From a virus (taxonomy: Duplodnaviria > Heunggongvirae > Uroviricota > Caudoviricetes): a stretch of DNA of 64,000 nt. The notes beneath the pieces are model-generated. The model saw nothing but the letters and a program-made list of their open reading frames with translations, searched no databases and was not told the DNA's origin. This document shows positions 29,072-38,547 of the stretch, piece by piece. The translations under genes and the position numbers were made by a program. Each line of letters begins with the position of its first letter. Positions within the stretch are counted from its first letter, which is position 1. The stretch lies in IMG/VR virus record IMGVR_UViG_3300012344_000014, positions 42,581 to 106,580 of that record. One strand, 5' to 3'.

Positions 29072-29349
29072 CTGCGGGCATCGGCGAGCGTCACGTCATA
29101 AGCGACGTCGTCCGGGATCTCCAGCGAGAGAAGCATCTTGTAAAGAGCGGCGAAATAAGCGGCGCGCGTGCGGCCGGCGTTAATCGCCTGCTTCATCTCC
29201 TCGGGCAGGTTTTCCTTCGGTTTCGGGGATTCCTTCACTCCCTCCGGCTTTGCCGGTTTCTCCGTCTTCAGGGAAGAGTCTGTTTTCGGCTCCTCCTTCT
29301 CCGCAAGAAAGTTGAGCAGATCCCACAGTTCTTTCATTTCGTTTGCCAT
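29068..29349 (-). CDS. hypothetical protein
   Basis: Likely start MANEMKELW (RBS aaagga); ORF track 29068-29445. Confidence 0.4.
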   Translation of the reverse strand: MANEMKELWDLLNFLAEKEEPKTDSSLKTEKPAKPEGVKESPKPKENLPEEMKQAINAGRTRAAYFAALYKMLLSLEIPDDVAYDVTLADARR

Positions 29350-29691
29350 AATTTCGAATCCTTTCACCATATTTAATATCAATCCATGCGCGCAGGAACG
29401 TGCCTGCAACGCAGACCGTGACGGCCAGCACCCACGCGGCCACATAGGAAACCCAGTGCGTCAATATCCAGATGAGCGCGGTAAGTACCGCCGCCCCAAG
29501 AAAAACGCCAAGGAAATCAATCAACATCTACATTACATCACCACCTCGGAAGAGAATGATTATCATCGTCAGGGAAAAAATAGGCAAGCGCGATACCGGA
29601 AATAAGGAAGAGCGCCGCAGCCCATGGAGGCAGCCCTAATTCCGCAAACCGTCTATATACGACGCCTGCCATAAAACCAACTGTAAACATA

Positions 29692-30201
29692 TTACACCCC
29701 TGTGCTGCCAAATCCCCCGTTACGCACACCGGACGCAGTATCGTTCGCGGCCGTCAGATAAGGGAGGAAAATGCCCTGCATAAACTTCGCGCAGCCCGGC
29801 AGACGAACGGGCTCTTCGGCGGTGAGCTTGGCCTGAATATGCCCCTCATTAGACGAATAGTAATAATCGCTGTCGACGATCCCGGTGCTGTTGCGCAGGC
29901 GCAGGCCATATTTGAAACCGAGCCCGGATTTGGGAACGATCGCGAGGACTACGCCGGGCGGCATATGGCAGCGGATACCTGTCGGCAGAGTGAGCGGATA
30001 CTCGGGGAGGACTTCAATTTCATAGGGAAGGAAGAAATCATAGCCCGCCGAACCGGCCGTTGCGCGGCAGGGAAGCGGAATCGCCTCCCAGATCTTACGC
30101 GTTTCAGCCACGCCCAAAGGGGCGATTTGCCTTCCTTTTTCGAACGTCTCCCGGAACTCGTCAAAGGAAACCTTTTCAAAATAGATTTCGTCGGTATTCA
30201 T
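29692..30201 (-). CDS. dut: dUTP diphosphatase
   Basis: Motifs 'ATAGSAGYDF', 'IVDSDYY', 'RNGGFGSTG'. Confidence 0.85.
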   Translation of the reverse strand: MNTDEIYFEKVSFDEFRETFEKGRQIAPLGVAETRKIWEAIPLPCRATAGSAGYDFFLPYEIEVLPEYPLTLPTGIRCHMPPGVVLAIVPKSGLGFKYGLRLRNSTGIVDSDYYYSSNEGHIQAKLTAEEPVRLPGCAKFMQGIFLPYLTAANDTASGVRNGGFGSTGV

Positions 30202-30446
30202 CAGACATACCCCTCGTTTACAAATTCTTCATCCACGTTCGGATTGCGGATATACATGCCGCAGGCGCAATCGCCATGCTCGCGGAAGTCTTTACAGGGG
30301 CACTTCGTATCCTTCGTCTTTTCCCTCTTGCAGGGGCAGAAACCCGAGTTGGCCTTGATTCGTTTCCGAAGGTTCCAAAGAAATTCAGAGTCTGGATTCT
30401 TGATAAACCCATCAAGCATTCTTTTCCTCCCATGTGATATCATCAA
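30201..30446 (-). CDS. FTR/FDR-like catalytic-subunit-like small protein, copy 2
   Basis: 'GFCPCKREKTKDTKCPCKDFREHGDCACGMY'. Start probably at internal 'MLDGFIKNPD'. Confidence 0.5.
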   Translation of the reverse strand: MMISHGRKRMLDGFIKNPDSEFLWNLRKRIKANSGFCPCKREKTKDTKCPCKDFREHGDCACGMYIRNPNVDEEFVNEGYV

Positions 30447-31080
30447 AAATAACGGGAAACAGTTTCTGGAATTCGCAAAGCAACGGGCGCATGAGCGAGC
30501 GCATTTCCGGATAAGCGGCCGACGAGGTGCGCAGCTGAAAAATATGCCGCCATTCCCGCAGGTTTGCCTTCATGACGATGATGCAGGCGGTAGAATTGGG
30601 GAGCACCTTGCGCGCGTCTTCCGCCTTCATGCCGCACTCATACCTGAGATACCGGTAATAAGTTTCGGCATGCTCCATGGACGCATCCCAGCCGCGGGAA
30701 GCGCACCATGTTTTCGCATCCAGATCGGGGCCTTCGGCTGGAAGATAGATATCCGGCCGGATGAAGCTGATATCTCCGGTCTTATCATCTTCGACATAGC
30801 GCTGGCTCTGAACGCAGAAACTGGGGAGCCGGTGCCGTGTGATCTCGGCCAGGACATCGCGCCCGGTGACGAGCTCAACCATGGCGTCGCCAAACTCAAT
30901 AGGGGCTTCATGCCCCCGCTTTATAAGCCCGCCAAGAAACTTGCGCCAGCTATCGGCCGTGATTTTATCATGCGAGCGATAGCAATTACGGGCGGCGTAT
31001 TCGATAAGGCGCAGCGTTTCCAGTGCGCGCTCCGGCGTGGACGGCGAGAGAATCTTAAAAGACTGGTTAATTACCTTCAT
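30412..31080 (-). CDS. thyX: flavin-dependent thymidylate synthase
   Basis: ThyX motif 'RHRLPSFCVQSQRY'. RBS ggagga then ATG at 31080; the ORF track N-terminal extension is spurious. Confidence 0.85.
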   Translation of the reverse strand: MKVINQSFKILSPSTPERALETLRLIEYAARNCYRSHDKITADSWRKFLGGLIKRGHEAPIEFGDAMVELVTGRDVLAEITRHRLPSFCVQSQRYVEDDKTGDISFIRPDIYLPAEGPDLDAKTWCASRGWDASMEHAETYYRYLRYECGMKAEDARKVLPNSTACIIVMKANLREWRHIFQLRTSSAAYPEMRSLMRPLLCEFQKLFPVIFDDITWEEKNA

Positions 31081-31444
31081 CGAAGGTTGATTCCTCCTTT
31101 CCTTCTTCATTATTAATGAGGGAATCCGCCTCGACGCCGTCCGTGTTTTCAGGATCGGTTTCAGCGTATTCGCTATCCCGATCATAGAGGTTGCCGCGCA
31201 TATCGCCGTTGAGGCGCATGAGCAGCGTTTCAAACCGGAGAGAGGAGAGCATAACGGTGCCCTCGTTAAAGAGAATGACGGAGCGGATTTTGCGCCCGAC
31301 CGTCGCATCCAAGAGATGCTTACGGCCTTTGGCAGCTTTGACCTATTCTTTCGAAGTCATGGTGCGCGGGTTAAGAACGGCAATGACATGATTGGCGCAG
31401 ACGGCATGCTTCAGGCCAGCGTTGACAAAGCGCAGTTCTTCCAT
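31067..31444 (-). CDS. RemA/DUF370-like small regulatory protein with in-frame TAG (31343-31345)
   Basis: MEELRFVNAGLKHAVCANHVIAVLNPRTMTSKE-TAG-VKAAKGRKHLLDATVGRKIRSVILFNEGTVMLSSLRFETLL... aligns with B. subtilis RemA ([64 protein letters not shown]). TAG falls at RemA Met/Leu. Confidence 0.55.
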
Positions 31445-32527
31445 TTATTCTTCACCTCCAAGGAGATATTGTTCGAGGATGTCGGTAAGGTTTGCAAAAT
31501 TGAAGCCGGTGCCGCCGCCGAAATTGGGCATCAGCTGGCCGTTCCATTTTTCGATCATCTGCTGCTGGATTACAAGCTCGCTCAAGCCGGCCTTGCTGGC
31601 TTCCAATTCAGCCTTGGTGGCTTCGGCGGCATCCAGCCTGGCCTGCTTATCAGCCGCGGCACGGGTCTTGATCACATAGGCTTCGTTATCCACACGGATC
31701 TTTTCAGCCTCGGCGGACGCCTGTGCGTTGATCAGCGCGACAGCCTGATCGCTTTCCGCCTTGATGCGTTCCTGCTCGGCTTTCTGTTCGGCCTGTTTGA
31801 CGGCGACGTCGTATTCGGTTTGCGCGGAAATTTTTTCTTTCTGTTGGCGCAGTTCGGTGTTGGTGAGTTCAGCGCTGAGGCGGGCACGCTCCTCAAGAAT
31901 GGCAGTATACTCCGGCGTAAAATCGTACGTCTTCATGTTGACGCGGAGAATATTGATACCGTACGGTTTCGTGATCTCATCCAGCCGCTCGGCGATCTGC
32001 GCGGGAATTGCTTCCTTATTATTGACGATATCCTCGCTATCATAAAGGGAGAAGACCTGTTTGATAATCGCCAGAGCGTTGGACTCGACCAGGACACCGG
32101 TGTAATTCTTGCCATAGTTGGTATATACATCGTAAGACTTTTCCGGCGCGAGCTGATGCTGAATCTCGAACTCAAAGACAGGCACGAGCTGACGATCTTT
32201 TGTTTCGGCGGTATCAGACGTGGTCGGCTTCGAAGTGCCGCTGGCGATGCGCAGGGTTTGTACCTGATTAGAAATCAGATCAAGCGAATCGACAAACGGG
32301 ATTTTAAGAAACCAGCCTTCTGACACGCCTTCCTTCTGAACAACTCCCGCCCGACGCAGTACGCCGGTATGGTTATACGGAACGACTCCCACTGCGTTGA
32401 CGCTAAGTACAAGCACAAGAAGCGCGCAGGCGGCGATAAGAATTATTTTTTTGATACGTCGAGATCGGATGCGCTCACGCTCGGCGGCCATATCTTCCAC
32501 CGTTTTGCGCCAATTTCTTGTTTCCAT
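31445..32527 (-). CDS. SPFH/band-7 (prohibitin/HflKC-like) membrane protein
   Basis: N-terminal TM, SPFH core, and long coiled-coil C-terminus. Confidence 0.8.
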   Translation of the reverse strand: METRNWRKTVEDMAAERERIRSRRIKKIILIAACALLVLVLSVNAVGVVPYNHTGVLRRAGVVQKEGVSEGWFLKIPFVDSLDLISNQVQTLRIASGTSKPTTSDTAETKDRQLVPVFEFEIQHQLAPEKSYDVYTNYGKNYTGVLVESNALAIIKQVFSLYDSEDIVNNKEAIPAQIAERLDEITKPYGINILRVNMKTYDFTPEYTAILEERARLSAELTNTELRQQKEKISAQTEYDVAVKQAEQKAEQERIKAESDQAVALINAQASAEAEKIRVDNEAYVIKTRAAADKQARLDAAEATKAELEASKAGLSELVIQQQMIEKWNGQLMPNFGGGTGFNFANLTDILEQYLLGGEE

Positions 32528-32549
32528 AACAGAACCCCTTTCAAAATTT

Positions 32550-32600
32550 TCTTTTCATATAATAAAGGGAACATTTTTCACCCCGCTTTTTCAGTTTGAG
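32550..32600 (-). promoter_or_regulatory. conserved promoter-like element, copy 2, upstream of the SPFH operon
   Basis: Minus reading ctgaaaaagcggggtgaAAAATGTTCCCTTTATTATatg. Confidence 0.5.
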
Positions 32601-35600
32601 CGGGCGAAACAGAAATTTTTTTGTAGCCGTCCATCCAAAGCTCAGTCACGCCGGGCTTGACAGAACGTTTGCCATCCTGATACTGATAGGCGGGCTTCTT
32701 CTGCCAGCCAAGGAGCTTGATGACGTCGCCGGCCTTAACGGGATCTTTAGCGAAATCAGGCTTGCGAATTTTCATCACACCGGTGTCTCCGGTGGAGACG
32801 CTATAGAGCTTCAGCTTGGGGCTATATTTCTCATCCACATCAATGACGGCGTAGCAGCCCTTCTTTTCGGGATAGACGCTGAGGGGCGCGCCGAAATAGT
32901 CGCACTCGAAGGGAATGATTTCCTCCATGGGGAGATCTTCATCCGGCAGGGAAGACTCCAGATCGCGCAGGACGGCGAGACGTTTCTGCTGCGTCTTCTC
33001 GACGAGCCCTTTATAGAACCGGTTCTCGCCGGACTTGAACTCCTGAAAGAGCTTGAGCAGTTTGGCGGAGCCGCCGAAATCGCTGAAGTATCCCATCTTG
33101 ATGAGCGCGGTGATGCTGGTGGCGTCGAACGCCGGAGACATATCCATATCGTAAAGCAGATCGGTGAAGTAAAGATACAGCGTATCGCGCATTTTATAGA
33201 GCGCGTCGGCGACTTTTCTACTGACGTGCTTGACGGAGGTGAGCGCGTCGGCGATGGTGTGCGCGCTTTCATCGATAAAGAAATCGCGGTTATCCTGCCC
33301 GAACTTGCAAGCGACGACGCGGATGCCGAACGCCCGACGCATTTCCTCCTTGGCTTTGGCGATGCGGTCTTTATCCTTCTTGGCGGCGTAGGCGCGAAGC
33401 AGGGTGGTGTAATACTGATAAGGATAGTGCGCCTTGAGCCATGCGCCGTAAAGACTATCCAGCGCGACGCAGGTGGCATGCGATGCATTAAAAAGATAGG
33501 AGCAGGAATCGTTGATGATCTGCCAGATTTTATCGGTGGTGGCGAGAGCTTCGGCCTCAGTGACATGCTCCTCCTCCACGATGCGCTGAGAGAACGTGGC
33601 GCGGAACTTTTCCTTGAGAGCGAGCACCTTTTCGGGATGCTTCTTCGAGATGGCCTTGATGGCGGCATAGGATTCAGCCCCAGTGAAACCGCCATGCTGT
33701 AGGACTTTCATGATCTGCTCCTGAAACATGAGGAAGCTGTCGGGAATTTCTTTCGTCTGAAGCAGGTTATCCAGCGAGGGGATACCATAATCGAAATGCC
33801 GGCGGGCGAGGAATGTATCGATCATCGACTTGAAGCCCGGGCGGATGGCGGCGACGAACGCGGCCAGCTCGGTAATATTGCGCGGCTTATAGCGGGCGAC
33901 CTTTTCAGTGGCCTTCTCGCGCTCAACCTGATTGAGCCCCATGGTATAGCCTTTGGCGTACATATCCCAGACTGGATCATCCGGCGGGCACATGGCGAGC
34001 AGTTCGTTAACAGAGGGGAGGGGGATATTGGCGGCCTTGTAGGCGGCGGCGTTGATGTTGACGACGGTGACGGAAAGAAGATCGTTTTTTAGATATCCGT
34101 ATCGATCCGCTGTCGCCCCGTCGATAAAAGCGGCATAAATAGTTCCCTTCTTGCCGGTTTTGCTATTGATACGATAAAGCCCAATTTCCCGGCGGATATC
34201 CTGATCGGTCAGAAGATAGGAACAGGGGCTGGGGGAGATGGAATCGACCATGCCAAGATATTTATTGGACATGCGCAGCTGCTCATGATACTCCTTGGGC
34301 ACGTAATCGAACGGATCGATGGCTTCGCGGTCTTCATCGTCTTCGGCGTATTTTACATCAAGCTCATACTTTTTCAAGCTGTCAGAGATGGCGTTAGCCG
34401 TTTCGAAGGCGACGTTGGTAGAACGGCAATACATCTTCCAGGCGGAAAGCCGTTTGAGCGTGCCAAAGGCGACCATCTGCGCGCTATGCCACTCGCCCAT
34501 GACCTCGGCCTGCGCTTTTTCAAACACCTCAACGTTGCCGCAGTTCAGATCCAAATCCGGCATCTGACCGGTGCTCAGGCGCTCTTTGGAAATAAACCGG
34601 TCGGGGTACATGGTGACGGGCATCTTCAAGCGATCAACGGAGGAGAAGCCGAGAAGCATATTCGTCAGGAAACTGACGCCGCTATTATGGACGACCATAT
34701 GATTAAGTAAGTAGCTGTGTGAATTTTCGATATGCAGATCGTAGACTTTGCACTTCTGCCGAGGTAGAAGATTGATTCCAGTAACTGGAATAAGCCAGTA
34801 CTTGTCGTTTTCAGATATTTTGCGTGACATCCCATAAGGAGTTGAATAAACGGGAATAACCCATTTATATGAGGTTTTGCAGTTATAACCGCGTTTATCA
34901 AACCAACGATCTCGCACTGTAAGCCGCGGCGGCTTCTCTCCAGCTTTCATACAAAGAATATTAAAGGCGTTCATCAAGGAAGGAGATGTATTGTCAAAGC
35001 ATTTACGATCCGATTCAGCAAAACAGCCATCGGTACGCATAAGCCCCGATAAAAAAGCTTTTGATTTCTCGTTATCAAGAAGCAAAATCTCATCGGGGAC
35101 AACTTTATCGTTTCCCTTTTTTGAAATGAAATACGTACAGCCAAGATATTTAGCAAAGGAAGAAGCATGCAGGGTAAGTTGAACCAATTTTTTATTTTTA
35201 GCTTTCGCTTCATAAATAGTTCCGCCAACCCGCGATGCCATAGTCTCAAAGATTTTGCGATTGTAAATATTTTTTTCGTTCTCCGCATTGATGGCAATAC
35301 CACAGACATAACTGCCGTCGTTTCTATGTCGAACCCAGCCGTCTCCATACATCATACCAAGGAATTCGTAATAGAGCGCGTCTTTAACGACCCATCTGCT
35401 CATCAACCGAAAACAAGTATCCTTATATTTTTGCGTAAGCGCTTCTTGAGTATCAACACCATAATAATCGAGTATTTCTCTTTTTGCTTTATTGAGATAT
35501 ACCCCAGGGCCACGACGAACTTCCGCGGAAGTTCGCCCAACAACAAAATTGTATAACGCTGAACGGGAGATGTGGAATTTTTTCATCAGGATTTCCCAGC

Positions 35601-37089
35601 CAAACGCTTCGCGCATCATGTCTTTGCGTAATTCAAAAATATGATCTCCGTCAAATATAGAGGCTCTGCTAATGTATTTGCTGAGATCAACCACTTCGGC
35701 AGTTTGTGAGGCCGGCTGAACAATCTTCGGAATACAAAGCAAATCCCCTTTCTTCAGCCGCGATGCTTCCACCCAGTCATAAGAGCCGTTCAACCGGCAA
35801 ACGAGAACACGATGATCCAACGTACATGTAGGATAAGAGCCAAACATCTTATTCGCCGGAGCCTGAATTTCAACAAGGGGTTCGTCAATATCATAAGAGA
35901 AGGTTTCAATTACTTTTTGATAATCCCCATCCTTATCAATTACAACGTCTCCAGGAGCCACTTGCGAAATTTGTTTCAGCCCGGTCAGTGTTGGCACACG
36001 CGCAGTGTCGGTGAAACAGCCCCTTCCAGATTGGGTTAACACCCCGCCTTCCCGCTTGGCAGTATCGACAACGCGGTTATCAATAAGAAAATAATCCGAA
36101 GTGTTGGTACCGGTAACGGCGTCTGTCTCATACCGGATCGCTTCTTCGTATTCCGGCCAGCGCTCCTGCGGCACTTCAGCTTTATACTGATCCCACGCCT
36201 GATGTACAAGGTCGAGATATTTTTGATTGCGCTCTTCCTGCGTCATGTCGGGATAAGCCGCGGGGAGCTTGCGGCGTTTACCAAACGAGACATCCTCAAA
36301 ATCCAGGAAGACGTTTGTGTTTTCCATCGCTTCATTAATCTGGGCGACGGACAGAACGCCCTGCGCCTTGAACCTGTCGAGCAAATGCTTTTCAGAGGGA
36401 TAATCCATATCCCAACCCTCTTCATCTTCATATTTAAGATGATGGGACTCAAGCAGCTGATCGCGCAGTTTGGAATCCTCCGGGTAAATGAAATGGGAAT
36501 CGGTTGCGGCAATGAGCGGGATATTATACTTGCGATAAAGATCGAGCACGAGCCGGTTGACATCCTTCTGCTTATCGACGTTATGCGCCTGAACCTCGAG
36601 CATGAAGCTGCCGCGGAAATGATCGTTCAAGAGCGTAACGAGCCGTTCGGCCTCCTCCGCGCCGTACTTCCAAATACCGCCGACGCAGGCTGTGGTAACG
36701 AATACATCCTTCGGATCGAGGGCCATGAGCAGATCCAGATCGACGCGGGGGCGATAGTAATAGCCGGTGATATTCGCTTCGGAGAGCGCATAATTCAAAT
36801 CGCCGACGCCTTTGCGCGTCTTCGCTGCCAGAATGAGATGGCAGTTGGATTTGTCTTTTTCGAAGCGGTCCTTGACGAAATAGGCTTCGGTAACATAGCG
36901 CCACTTCAGGCCATACTTTTCAGCTAGCTCGGCGCACTCCCAATAGTTGCCCTGCGTGCCATGGTTACAGGAGGAAAGAACCGTCTGGTTCAGTTCGACG
37001 GCGCGCCTGGCGTAATCCTCCATGGTGGCGACGCTGTCGGCAAGCATGATATTGGAGATGTGATCATGTTTATGATAATTGACGTACAT
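32578..37089 (-). CDS. dnaE: DNA polymerase III alpha subunit (DnaE-type, PHP domain) interrupted by an intein
   Basis: PHP start 'MYVNYHKHDH', palm and fingers motifs. 'GRG|S' extein junction split by a 445-aa insertion. RBS ggaggt then ATG at 37089; the ORF-track N-terminal 135 aa is spurious. Confidence 0.9.
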   Translation of the reverse strand: MYVNYHKHDHISNIMLADSVATMEDYARRAVELNQTVLSSCNHGTQGNYWECAELAEKYGLKWRYVTEAYFVKDRFEKDKSNCHLILAAKTRKGVGDLNYALSEANITGYYYRPRVDLDLLMALDPKDVFVTTACVGGIWKYGAEEAERLVTLLNDHFRGSFMLEVQAHNVDKQKDVNRLVLDLYRKYNIPLIAATDSHFIYPEDSKLRDQLLESHHLKYEDEEGWDMDYPSEKHLLDRFKAQGVLSVAQINEAMENTNVFLDFEDVSFGKRRKLPAAYPDMTQEERNQKYLDLVHQAWDQYKAEVPQERWPEYEEAIRYETDAVTGTNTSDYFLIDNRVVDTAKREGGVLTQSGRGCFTDTARVPTLTGLKQISQVAPGDVVIDKDGDYQKVIETFSYDIDEPLVEIQAPANKMFGSYPTCTLDHRVLVCRLNGSYDWVEASRLKKGDLLCIPKIVQPASQTAEVVDLSKYISRASIFDGDHIFELRKDMMREAFGWEILMKKFHISRSALYNFVVGRTSAEVRRGPGVYLNKAKREILDYYGVDTQEALTQKYKDTCFRLMSRWVVKDALYYEFLGMMYGDGWVRHRNDGSYVCGIAINAENEKNIYNRKIFETMASRVGGTIYEAKAKNKKLVQLTLHASSFAKYLGCTYFISKKGNDKVVPDEILLLDNEKSKAFLSGLMRTDGCFAESDRKCFDNTSPSLMNAFNILCMKAGEKPPRLTVRDRWFDKRGYNCKTSYKWVIPVYSTPYGMSRKISENDKYWLIPVTGINLLPRQKCKVYDLHIENSHSYLLNHMVVHNSGVSFLTNMLLGFSSVDRLKMPVTMYPDRFISKERLSTGQMPDLDLNCGNVEVFEKAQAEVMGEWHSAQMVAFGTLKRLSAWKMYCRSTNVAFETANAISDSLKKYELDVKYAEDDEDREAIDPFDYVPKEYHEQLRMSNKYLGMVDSISPSPCSYLLTDQDIRREIGLYRINSKTGKKGTIYAAFIDGATADRYGYLKNDLLSVTVVNINAAAYKAANIPLPSVNELLAMCPPDDPVWDMYAKGYTMGLNQVEREKATEKVARYKPRNITELAAFVAAIRPGFKSMIDTFLARRHFDYGIPSLDNLLQTKEIPDSFLMFQEQIMKVLQHGGFTGAESYAAIKAISKKHPEKVLALKEKFRATFSQRIVEEEHVTEAEALATTDKIWQIINDSCSYLFNASHATCVALDSLYGAWLKAHYPYQYYTTLLRAYAAKKDKDRIAKAKEEMRRAFGIRVVACKFGQDNRDFFIDESAHTIADALTSVKHVSRKVADALYKMRDTLYLYFTDLLYDMDMSPAFDATSITALIKMGYFSDFGGSAKLLKLFQEFKSGENRFYKGLVEKTQQKRLAVLRDLESSLPDEDLPMEEIIPFECDYFGAPLSVYPEKKGCYAVIDVDEKYSPKLKLYSVSTGDTGVMKIRKPDFAKDPVKAGDVIKLLGWQKKPAYQYQDGKRSVKPGVTELWMDGYKKISVSPAQTEKAG
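34684..36018 (-). mobile_element. full-length intein with LAGLIDADG homing endonuclease in dnaE
   Basis: Begins 'CFTDTARVPTL' after GRG and ends 'LNHMVVHN' before Ser. Two LAGLIDADG motifs ('LGMMYGDGW', 'LSGLMRTDGCF'). Confidence 0.75.
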
Positions 37090-37104
37090 AATACCTCCAC
37101 CCCT

Positions 37105-37133
37105 TGTTATTTCAAATGAGACATGATATACTT
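37105..37133 (+). promoter_or_regulatory. sigma70-like promoter (TTGTTA-17-TATACT) for the + strand island
   Basis: ttgtta at 37105 and tatact at 37128. Confidence 0.5.
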
Positions 37134-37165
37134 TGTTTATAATGCACGAAAGGATTTGAACGACA

Positions 37166-38071
37166 ATGGCAAAACGGTTTGTGGCGATTGCGCTGAGCAT
37201 TATACTTCTGCTTTGCGGCATCGCAAACGCGGAAACGCTGAAGATGCTGGATACGGGAGACGAAGTGCTGGCCCTGAAGAAGGCACTGACGGCGGCGGGA
37301 TATCTGGAAGCGACAGAAGAGACGACGAACGTATTCGACAAGGCGACGAAGAACGCCATCGAGGAGCTGCAGAAGGATTTTGAGCTGGAGGAAACGGGAA
37401 TTGCAACGCCGGAAATACAGGTGATTTGTACGCTGTTGGGGAAACTTACGGAAACGAAATCAACCGCCGGACAAGAGGAAGCAGATGCCGACATGGTAGT
37501 TATGCCGGATGTTTACGGCATAACAGCAGAAGACGCAGCAGAAGCATTGAAAAAGCTTGGCCTCTATGTTATTTTTACGGAAAGATATGACGACTCGCAA
37601 GAAGGAACGGTGTGCTATACCGGTTGTAAACCCGGAGAGAAACTAAAAAAAGGAAGCAAGGTAATTGTGCGCGTTAGCAAGGGGCCTCGCAGGATTGAAT
37701 CCAAAGCCAGCACCATTACCTGGTGGCACGTGAAGGGGTCTAATAGTGATGATTACGAATTTGAAAATCCTTACATTTACGAAGATACGCTCATCATCAA
37801 ACTTGACGTGACACTCAACTCTGAATACAGCCTGCGTTGGCGGGGATATGGCACAGCCTGCATTACGGACAGATTTGATAAGACCGTTCCGATAGAGGTA
37901 AAGTATGAAAACGAGCAAATCAAAAAGGGCGAAACACAAACAATCACTCTGAGAATCCCTCTGAGAGACCTCGACGTTAAGAAGCCGACAACCTTATCTG
38001 TCGAGCTTCAGCTATACCGCGGTAAACAAACCCCGACGCAAATCCGTCTGGATTTCACAATGACATGGTAA
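37166..38071 (+). CDS. secreted protein with peptidoglycan-binding domain and PASTA-like domain
   Basis: Signal peptide MAKRFVAIALSIILLLCGIANA; PG_binding_1-like 'DEVLALKKALTAAGYL...'; PASTA-like 'MPDVYGITAEDAAEALKKLGLYV...VIVRVSKG'. Confidence 0.6.
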   Translation: MAKRFVAIALSIILLLCGIANAETLKMLDTGDEVLALKKALTAAGYLEATEETTNVFDKATKNAIEELQKDFELEETGIATPEIQVICTLLGKLTETKSTAGQEEADADMVVMPDVYGITAEDAAEALKKLGLYVIFTERYDDSQEGTVCYTGCKPGEKLKKGSKVIVRVSKGPRRIESKASTITWWHVKGSNSDDYEFENPYIYEDTLIIKLDVTLNSEYSLRWRGYGTACITDRFDKTVPIEVKYENEQIKKGETQTITLRIPLRDLDVKKPTTLSVELQLYRGKQTPTQIRLDFTMTW

Positions 38072-38175
38072 ATGAAAGCACAGCACAAAATGACCATTGA
38101 CGTTTTGCGCTCCGGCGATGTATGATATAAATGATATCCGAGGTAATATTCAGTCCCTCCCAAAGGAGAATGAAT

Positions 38176-38421
38176 ATGAAAAAAGGTATCATTATCACGC
38201 TCGCGCTTGTTACATTTCTTGTAGCTGTTTTCAGCTTTGACATTCCGGCAATATCCGCGCTGGGTATTGCTTAGGCGCTGGAAACATTCCTGCGCAAGTG
38301 GGATGGCGCAAGTACAGCCTGTTTGATCGTAAGCCTTTTAGGAATGTACTCTTCTCTGTTTGGATGGATCGGCGTCGCCCTTGCTGCGCTTGATCTATAC
38401 CAGACATAGAGGAAACGATGA
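38176..38421 (+). CDS. small two-TM membrane protein with in-frame TAGs (38272-38274 and 38407-38409); true stop TGA at 38419
   Basis: RBS aaaggag. MKKGIIITLALVTFLVAVFSFDIPAISALGIA-TAG-ALETFLRKWDGASTACLIVSLLGMYSSLFGWIGVALAALDLYQT-TAG-RKR then TGA. Paralogue of 38548. Confidence 0.45.
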
Positions 38422-38433
38422 AACAGGCGGAGA

Positions 38434-38462
38434 AGAAGCCCCCCACGGGGCTTTTTCTTTTA
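38434..38462 (+). terminator. rho-independent terminator
   Basis: gaagccccccacggggcttttt then cttt. Confidence 0.6.
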
Positions 38463-38547
38463 TGGGCTGGAATAAACAGACAGAATATGATATACTATCA
38501 TTGATATCCGAGAAAATATTTAGTCCCTCCCCGAAAGGAGAATAAAT

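Noticed and set aside
29180-29527. 115-aa minus-strand ORF overlapping 29068-29445 in another frame.
   Set aside because: Only the first ~60 codons look like a membrane protein. The remainder overlaps a better-supported gene out of frame. Likely a shorter real gene or an artefact, and the boundaries cannot be fixed.
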